Positions 57,742-64,000 of a stretch of 64,000 nucleotides of DNA are shown piece after piece. The stretch's first letter is position 1, and each line of letters opens with the position of its first letter. This DNA is from Dehalococcoidia bacterium (lineage in GTDB: Bacteria; Chloroflexota; Dehalococcoidia; Bin125): assembly GCA_965200625.1 (NCBI GenBank), contig OZ241375.1, positions 1,896,087 to 1,960,086 of the forward strand, given 5' to 3'. The notes below the pieces were generated by a model that worked only from the letters and a program-made list of their open reading frames with translations, was not told the origin of the DNA and searched no databases. A program made the position numbers and the translations under genes.

Positions 57742-58992
57742 TCAGCGGGCGGCGTTCCAAAGTTGCGCTCGCTCGAGGAAGATGGTCGGCTGCGCGGACC
57801 ATTCCGGGTAGCCGATTGCGCCGTCGTCGGTGAGCCAGCCGATCAGCTCGTTCAGACAATCGCGCAGCGCGGTTTCCGCGCGGGGCAGGGCGAAGCCGCC
57901 GCGCTCCATCTGCGGATCGAGCGCGGTGACGACGAAGCGTCCGGCGCTGGCGCGGGCCGCGTCCGTGTTGCCGATCTCGCCCCGCGCGAAGCCGGAGATC
58001 TGCCCCGCCTCCAGCGCCTCGAGGTAGGCGGCATCATCGTCGCCGAGATGGACGACCACGGGCCGCTCACCGGGCGGCGTCAGACGGGTGCGTCCCTCAA
58101 GCTCCGGCGAGTGCGCCGCCGACGAAATCTGGAAGCGCGCCGTGCCGTCGGCGGTCACGGCGCCCAGCGGCGTCTCGATCACCGTGCCGGCCAGGAGGGT
58201 ACCGTCCGCGTCGGCGATGCCGCTGAGCTGGAGGAACCGCGCCTCGCCGGTCGTGGCCGCGACCGCGCCGACGACGTCCGCGGCGGTCAGGTCGGCGTGG
58301 CTGGCGATCCGGCCGGCGTCGGCGGCGCGGATCAGCAGCGACTGGCGAAAGTTGATGTGGCCGTCGGTGAAGGCGATCACTGCCTCGCCGCTGGCGTCGC
58401 GGGTGCGTGACTCCAGGATCGTGATCCCGCCGCCGACCAGGTCGAGGTAGGGGCCGGTCGGGGTCAGCCAGATGTCGGACCAGTCCGCGATGGGGATGCG
58501 CTGGAAGCGCAGGTTGGCGTCGTCCAGGGCGGCGATTGCGCTGAGCAGATCCGCCTCATAGCCGCGCTGGAGAGCGAAGCCGGGCGAGGCGGGATCGGGG
58601 TCGGCGCTGTAGCTGACGGGCGGGAACGAGGCGAAGAAGCCAACGTTGAGCAGGCGCGGCGCGGCCGGGCAGGAGGCGGCGCGCGCCACGGTCGGGCGAG
58701 GCAAGAGGCGGAAGAGAGAAGAATGACGCCAAACGCCGGCCGGCGCGTCGGCGGGCAGGAACCGAGCGTTGGGCAATGGGTGGAATTCCCAGCTGGCCAC
58801 ACTGTCAACCGGGCCAACCGGGCCAACTGGGCGCTGTTGTAGCGCGACCTCGACGCGGCCGTCGGCCAGCCGTCGGGCGCTGATCCGCAGCTCTTCGTCG
58901 GCGCGCTGGTCGTTGCCGCGGGTAATCATGAGCACGGCGGCGCTGAGCGTCAGGAGCCCGCCGAGCAGCATGCCGAGTCGGTACCTGCTCAT
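57742..58992 (-). CDS. Membrane-anchored extracellular solute-binding-like protein (hypothetical)
   Basis: N-terminal TM anchor; weak resemblance to periplasmic binding protein folds. Confidence 0.4.
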   Translation of the reverse strand: MSRYRLGMLLGGLLTLSAAVLMITRGNDQRADEELRISARRLADGRVEVALQQRPVGPVGPVDSVASWEFHPLPNARFLPADAPAGVWRHSSLFRLLPRPTVARAASCPAAPRLLNVGFFASFPPVSYSADPDPASPGFALQRGYEADLLSAIAALDDANLRFQRIPIADWSDIWLTPTGPYLDLVGGGITILESRTRDASGEAVIAFTDGHINFRQSLLIRAADAGRIASHADLTAADVVGAVAATTGEARFLQLSGIADADGTLLAGTVIETPLGAVTADGTARFQISSAAHSPELEGRTRLTPPGERPVVVHLGDDDAAYLEALEAGQISGFARGEIGNTDAARASAGRFVVTALDPQMERGGFALPRAETALRDCLNELIGWLTDDGAIGYPEWSAQPTIFLERAQLWNAAR

Positions 58993-59004
58993 GGCGTGCG
59001 TGTC

Positions 59005-60276
59005 CTAACCGATGCGGCGGAAGACGAGACAGGCATTCTGTCCGCCGAAGCCGAAGGAGTTCTTGAGCACGGCGTTGACCTCCACCGCGCGCGCCTGGTT
59101 GGGCACGTAGTCGAGGTCGCAGTCGGGATCGGGCGTGGTGTAGTTGATCGTCGGGTGGATGCGGCCGTCGGTGATGGACTTGATCGCGGCGATCGATTCC
59201 AGTCCGCCCGCGCCGCCGAAGAGGTGGCCGATCATCGATTTGGTGGAGGAGATCGGAATCGCGCGCGCCGCCTCGCCGAGCGCGACCTTGAGCGCGTTGG
59301 TCTCGGAGGCGTCGTTGAGCGGGGTCGAGGTACCGTGCGCGTTGACGTAGTCGAGCTCGTCCGGTGTGATTCCGGCGTCCGCCAGCGCCCAGTTGATCGC
59401 GCGGATCGGGCCCGCCCCGTCGGCGTCGGGCATGACCAGGTGGTGGGCGTCGGCGGAGGAGCCGAAGCCGGCCAGTTCGACCTGATAATCGACGCCCCGC
59501 CGGCGGGCGGATGCCTCCGATTCAAGCACGATGATGCCGGCGCCCTCGCCGGGCACGAAGCCGTCGCGCTCGGCGTCGAAGGGGCGCGAGGCGCCGGTCG
59601 GATCGTCGTTGCGCGAGCTGAGCGCGCGCATCACCGCGAAGCCGCCCAGTCCCAGCTGGCAGAAGCCGGCCTCGGTGCCGCCGGAGATGACGATGTCGGC
59701 GAGGCCGTTGCGGATCACGTTGGCGGCGTCGCCGAGCGCCTGGGTGCCGGCCGCGCAAGCGGTGACGACGGTCGTGTTGTAGCCCAGCAAGCCGAACTGC
59801 ATCGCAATGTTGGCGGCCGCCATGTTGGGCAGCACCTTGGGCAGGAAGAGCGGATCGAGCCGCATCCCGCCGCGCGCGAAGAGCGTGCTCGCCGTGGCCT
59901 GGATTTCGGGATAGCCGCCCGCGCCGTTGCCGAGCACGACGCCGATGCGGCTGCGATCGAGCGCGTCAAGGTCGAGCTGCGCGTCGGCGACCGCTTCGCG
60001 CGCGGCGGCGACGGCCAGCTGCGTGAAGCGGGCCATCCGCCGCGCTGACTTGCGCTCGATGAAGTCGCGCGCGTCGAAGCCGCGAATCTCGCCGCCGATC
60101 GTGCAGCTGAATCCGGAGACGTCGAAGTTCTCGATCGGTTTGATCGCGCTCTCGCCCTCCAGCAGCTGCGTCCACAGCGGATCGACGCCGGGGCCGTAGG
60201 GCGAGACCGCGCCCAGGCCGGTGACGACCACTCGGGTGCGTTCGGGTCGGTCGGGGGCGGTCTCGGATTCGGTCAT
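59005..60276 (-). CDS. fabF: 3-oxoacyl-ACP synthase II
   Basis: VVVTGLGAVSP and an intact catalytic triad (TACAAG, NAHGTST, GHLFGGAG). Confidence 0.9.
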   Translation of the reverse strand: MTESETAPDRPERTRVVVTGLGAVSPYGPGVDPLWTQLLEGESAIKPIENFDVSGFSCTIGGEIRGFDARDFIERKSARRMARFTQLAVAAAREAVADAQLDLDALDRSRIGVVLGNGAGGYPEIQATASTLFARGGMRLDPLFLPKVLPNMAAANIAMQFGLLGYNTTVVTACAAGTQALGDAANVIRNGLADIVISGGTEAGFCQLGLGGFAVMRALSSRNDDPTGASRPFDAERDGFVPGEGAGIIVLESEASARRRGVDYQVELAGFGSSADAHHLVMPDADGAGPIRAINWALADAGITPDELDYVNAHGTSTPLNDASETNALKVALGEAARAIPISSTKSMIGHLFGGAGGLESIAAIKSITDGRIHPTINYTTPDPDCDLDYVPNQARAVEVNAVLKNSFGFGGQNACLVFRRIG

Positions 60277-61709
60277 AGGGTCGGATCCTCAGCGCGGCGG
60301 GCGATGGTGGTTGGAGGTGGCGTTTGCAGCAGGCGGCGGGCGTCGGCGGCGAGCGAGAGCGAGCCGAGCACCAGAATCAGATCCCCACCGCGCGCCTCCT
60401 GAGCGGCGGCGGCGAGCGCGCTGCCCACGTCGGCGTGGACGGTGACCGCGCCCTGCCAGTCCGGATCAGCGAAGGCGTCCGCGACCGGCTGCGGCGGACG
60501 GGCGCGGGGATGATCGGAGGTGGTGGCGTAGACGCGCGCGGCGCGGGTCTGGATGATGCGGGCCATGTCCTGCAGCGCCTTGTCACCGAGCACGCCGAAG
60601 ATCACGTGCAGCTGCTCGTGCGGGAAGTAGTCGCGGCAGGCGTCGAGCGCGCGCTGCACCGACTCCGCGTTGTGCGCGCCGTCGATCACGACGGTCGGCG
60701 GGCCTTCCAGCTCACTGGCGGCGAACGCGCGGGGCAGCGGGAACGATTCGAGCCGCGCCGGCCAGCGCACGGTGGCGAGTCCGCGGTGCAGCGCCGCCGA
60801 CGGCACCGCGACCGCGCCGGCGGCGTTGAGCGCGTCGATGGCGGCGATCGCGGTGACCGCGTTGTCGATCTGGTGGCGGCCCAGCAGGGGCAGCAGATGC
60901 AGCGCGCGGGACGGCTCGCCGGGGCGCGGCTGGCGGCGCTCGACGCGGAACCACTGCCCCCACGGCTCGACGCCGGCCGGTTCGCTGCGGTAGTCCGCGC
61001 CGACGTCGACGAGCGGCGCGGGCACGTCGTCGGCGGCGTTGCGGACGACGTCGGCGGCCTCGGCAAAGCGCTGCGGCGCGAGCACCGCCGTGCGGCAGGC
61101 GGCGCTGATGATGCCCGCTTTCTCGGCGGCGATCTGGGTGATCTTGTCGCCCAGAATGTCGGTGTGTTCGTGCGAGAGCGAGGTGATCACGGCGGCGTCG
61201 GTGCGGTGGAAGACGTTGGTGCTGTCCAGCCGACCGCCGAGCCCGACCTCGACGATCTGCACGTCCACGTCCTGCGCGTGGAAGGCGTGAAAGCTGAGCG
61301 CGGTGAGGATTTCAAAGGTGCTGATGTGGCCCGGATCGGCGGCCAGCTCGGCCTCGATCACCTGGCGCAGCTGCTCGCAGAGGCGGGCGAACTCGGGCTC
61401 GGGCAGGGGCGCACCGTCGATCTGGATGCGCTCGGTGAACTCGTGCAGATGGGGGCTCGTGAAGAGGCCGGTGCGGAAGCTGGCGGCGCGGAGGATCGAT
61501 TCGAGGATCGCAGCGGTCGAGCCTTTGCCCTTGCTGCCCGCGATATGAATCGTGACGCGGCCGTGTTGCGGATCGCCGAGCCGGCGCAGCAGCGCGCGGA
61601 TGCGGTCCAGGGCGAAGTCCGGCTTCGCCCGCCGCGGCCCGGAGCCGCGCTCGAAGTCGGCGAACGACATCAGCCAATCGACTGCCTCCCGATAGCCGCT
61701 GATCGGCAT
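60273..61709 (-). CDS. folC: Bifunctional folylpolyglutamate synthase / dihydrofolate synthase
   Basis: HIAGSKGKGST P-loop and Mur-ligase middle/C-terminal domains. ATG at 61709; stop overlaps the fabF start. Confidence 0.85.
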   Translation of the reverse strand: MPISGYREAVDWLMSFADFERGSGPRRAKPDFALDRIRALLRRLGDPQHGRVTIHIAGSKGKGSTAAILESILRAASFRTGLFTSPHLHEFTERIQIDGAPLPEPEFARLCEQLRQVIEAELAADPGHISTFEILTALSFHAFHAQDVDVQIVEVGLGGRLDSTNVFHRTDAAVITSLSHEHTDILGDKITQIAAEKAGIISAACRTAVLAPQRFAEAADVVRNAADDVPAPLVDVGADYRSEPAGVEPWGQWFRVERRQPRPGEPSRALHLLPLLGRHQIDNAVTAIAAIDALNAAGAVAVPSAALHRGLATVRWPARLESFPLPRAFAASELEGPPTVVIDGAHNAESVQRALDACRDYFPHEQLHVIFGVLGDKALQDMARIIQTRAARVYATTSDHPRARPPQPVADAFADPDWQGAVTVHADVGSALAAAAQEARGGDLILVLGSLSLAADARRLLQTPPPTTIARRAEDPTL

Positions 61710-61877
61710 CCACCCGCTCCTTGCTGCGCTCGTTGCTGCGCTGTTCCGGCGGTTTTGACGGCTCGTTTCATCGTACGCCACTTGATCAGGCGGTTTCAGG
61801 CTGCGACGATCCGCACGATGGCACAATGTATGGCGGCGCAATTGCGGTGCAGCGCCGCAGCACGAGCGGAACTCTAG

Positions 61878-62855
61878 ATGGCAGACGCGGACAATTTACC
61901 CAAGACCCTGGCCGATGTGCTCGCCGAGACTGCGCCGGCCGAATTCGTCGCCGACGGCTTCCTGACCGTCGTGAGCGCAATCGCGGAGGGCGCGAAGCGG
62001 GTGGACGGCCTCACCCGCCGCGCGGCGCTCGCGGGCGTGCTGGGCGACACCGGCGAGCTCAACGTGCAGGGCGAGATTGTGCAGGTGCTTGACGCCGCCG
62101 GCACCGACGCCTTCGTCTCCGCGCTGCGCGATTGCGGCGCGGTCGCGGCGCTCGCCTGCGAGGAGCTGGAGGAGGCCGTCTTCGTCTCCGACGCGCCCGA
62201 CCATCCCTATCTGGTGATGTTTGACCCGGTCGACGGTTCCTCGAACATTGACGTCGCCGTCACGATCGGCTCGATCTTCGCGATCTACCGCCGCGCGGAC
62301 GCTGCGCCGGTGACCGACGCGACGCTGCTGCGGCCCGGCCGCGAGCAGTGCGGCGCGGTCTATGTGGTCTACGGCTCATCGACCGTGCTGGTCACCGCGA
62401 CGGAGGGCCGGGTGGACGGCTTCACGCTGGACCCAGCCTCGGGCGAGTTTCTGCACAGCCATGAGCGGATTCAGATTCCGGCGAAGTGCGCGGCCTACTC
62501 GGTCAACGAGGGCAATCAGGGCGCTTGGCATCCGCCGATGCAGGCGGCGGTCGCCGAGCTGCGCGCCGATTACGGTCTGCGCTACGTCGGCTCGCTGGTC
62601 GCGGACTTCCACCGTGACCTGCTCAAGGGCGGCATTTTTCTCTATCCCGGCGACGTGAAATCGCCGGCCGGTAAGCTGCGCCTGGGCTATGAGGCGAATC
62701 CGCTCTGTTATGTGGCGGAGCAGGCCGGCGGCGCGGGCAGCACGGGGACGGAGCGCATCCTCGATGTCCAGCCCGAGCTGCTCCACCAGCGCACGCCGCT
62801 GATCGTCGGCAATGCCGACGTAGTCGAGCGCGTGGTCGCCAGACTCGCTGAATAA
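61878..62855 (+). CDS. fbp: Fructose-1,6-bisphosphatase class I
   Basis: DPVDGSSNID metal-binding motif. Confidence 0.9.
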   Translation: MADADNLPKTLADVLAETAPAEFVADGFLTVVSAIAEGAKRVDGLTRRAALAGVLGDTGELNVQGEIVQVLDAAGTDAFVSALRDCGAVAALACEELEEAVFVSDAPDHPYLVMFDPVDGSSNIDVAVTIGSIFAIYRRADAAPVTDATLLRPGREQCGAVYVVYGSSTVLVTATEGRVDGFTLDPASGEFLHSHERIQIPAKCAAYSVNEGNQGAWHPPMQAAVAELRADYGLRYVGSLVADFHRDLLKGGIFLYPGDVKSPAGKLRLGYEANPLCYVAEQAGGAGSTGTERILDVQPELLHQRTPLIVGNADVVERVVARLAE

Positions 62856-62923
62856 TTTCCCCAACCGGCTAACCAGACGAACAGATCCACAGACGAGCCA
62901 CACGTCCCGAGAGGTGTAATCCA

Positions 62924-63934
62924 ATGACGAATGAACTCCACGAGACCGCGCGCGCGTTGGTCGCGCCTGGGCGCGGCATCCTCGCCGCCGACGAATCGAG
63001 CCCGACGATCAAGCGGCGCTTCGACACCATCGGCCTCGAATCGACCGAGACCAACCGCCGCGACTGGCGTCAGCTGCTGTTTACAGCGGAGGGCATCGGC
63101 GACTGGATTTCCGGCGTGATCCTGTTCGAGGAGACGCTGGCCCAGAACGCGTCGGACGGGCGCTCGCTGGTCGAGGTGCTGACCGCGAACGGCGTGATCC
63201 CCGGCGTCAAGGTGGACAAGGGCGCGAAGAATCTGGCCGGCTCCCCGGACGAGAAGGTGACCGAGGGGCTGGACGGGCTGCGCGAGCGGCTTGACGTCTA
63301 CCGCGAGCAGGGCGCGCGCTTCACCAAGTGGCGCGCGGTGATCGATATCGCTGAGGATCGCCCGACCGCCTACTGCCTCGACGTCAACGCGCACGCGCTG
63401 GGACGCTTCGCGGCGCTCTCGCAGGAGGCCGGGCTGGTGCCGATCGTCGAGCCGGAAGTGCTGATGGACGGCGCGCACGACATCGCCGCCTGCGCCGCCG
63501 CGACTGAAGCGGCGCTGCGCGCGACCTTCGCCGCGCTCGCGGTGCAGAACGTGGACCTCGCCAGCACGCTGCTCAAGCCGAACATGGTGCTCTCCGGCAA
63601 GAGCGCCGCCGAGCGCGCCCCGGCCGAGACGGTGGCAGCGGAGACGCTGCGCGTCTTCGCCAACGCCGTGCCCGCCTCGGTGCCCGGCTGCGTCTTCCTC
63701 TCCGGCGGCCAGTCGGACGAGGAGGCGACGGTCAACCTGAACGCGATCAACCAGGCCGCCGCGGGCTCTGCCGCCGCGCCGTGGGAGCTGAGCTTCTCCT
63801 ACGGCCGCGGCCTCCAGGCGACGCCGCTCTCGGTCTGGGGCGGCAAGCCGGAGAATGTCGGCGCGGCCCAGCAGGCCTTCCAGGATCGCGCGCGCATGAC
63901 CTCGGCAGCGCGGCGCGGCGAGTACGTCGGCTAG
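62924..63934 (+). CDS. fba: Fructose-bisphosphate aldolase class I
   Basis: ILAADESSPTIKRRF and the class I Schiff-base aldolase pattern. Confidence 0.9.
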   Translation: MTNELHETARALVAPGRGILAADESSPTIKRRFDTIGLESTETNRRDWRQLLFTAEGIGDWISGVILFEETLAQNASDGRSLVEVLTANGVIPGVKVDKGAKNLAGSPDEKVTEGLDGLRERLDVYREQGARFTKWRAVIDIAEDRPTAYCLDVNAHALGRFAALSQEAGLVPIVEPEVLMDGAHDIAACAAATEAALRATFAALAVQNVDLASTLLKPNMVLSGKSAAERAPAETVAAETLRVFANAVPASVPGCVFLSGGQSDEEATVNLNAINQAAAGSAAAPWELSFSYGRGLQATPLSVWGGKPENVGAAQQAFQDRARMTSAARRGEYVG

Positions 63935-63949
63935 ACGCCGGAACCGCCG

Positions 63950-64000
63950 GTGCCGCACCGCCTGCTGATCGCAACCGGGAATCCGGGCAAGCTGCGCGAG
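63950..64000 (+). CDS. rdgB: Non-canonical purine NTP pyrophosphatase RdgB/HAM1 (5' fragment, runs off window end)
   Basis: GTG start then HRLLIATGNPGKLRE, the RdgB N-terminal signature. Confidence 0.55.
   Translation, partial: MPHRLLIATGNPGKLRE

Overview
High-GC (roughly 68-70%) bacterial chromosomal segment, densely coding on both strands, with about 65 protein genes and no rRNA, tRNA or CRISPR that I could recognise. Taxon is not determinable from sequence alone; the many F420-type enzyme families would fit Chloroflexota or Actinomycetota. All product calls come from conserved motifs read directly in the translations, with no database search. The backbone is housekeeping: purA (partial), pyrG, transaldolase, rho, the hrcA-grpE-dnaK...dnaJ-prmA-rsmE heat-shock block with a CIRCE operator, proA, a split transketolase, fabF-folC, fbp, class I FBP aldolase and rdgB (partial). 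Interspersed are (1) a DUF402 gene translationally coupled to a Dam-like N6-adenine DNA methyltransferase, whose 3' end overlaps a convergent small PD-(D/E)xK nuclease gene: a candidate compact restriction-modification or methylation-associated nuclease locus; (2) two tandem paralogous genes, each encoding a single-polypeptide fusion of a minimal nucleotidyltransferase (MntA-like) and a HEPN/HepT-like RNase domain, inserted antisense between dnaK and dnaJ; (3) an operon of a ketosynthase homolog that has lost its Cys-His-His catalytic triad, an MBL-fold hydrolase and a CocE/NonD hydrolase; (4) a ThiS/MoaD-like small protein with an 18-residue extension past its Gly-Gly motif, next to an uncharacterised protein and overlapping pyrG; (5) two convergent MoxR-DUF58 modules, one with a transglutaminase-like membrane protein in which the catalytic Cys appears replaced by Tyr, the other a BatA/BatB-like vWA/TPR operon; (6) a cluster of F420-type enzymes (two LLM, two PPOX-class, one BKACE) whose paralogs are separated by copies of a MITE-like palindromic repeat family also found at several other intergenic sites; (7) one small ORF (50470-50850) with clearly atypical, low-GC3 codon usage. 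Start codons are ambiguous in several places and are flagged in the evidence fields.
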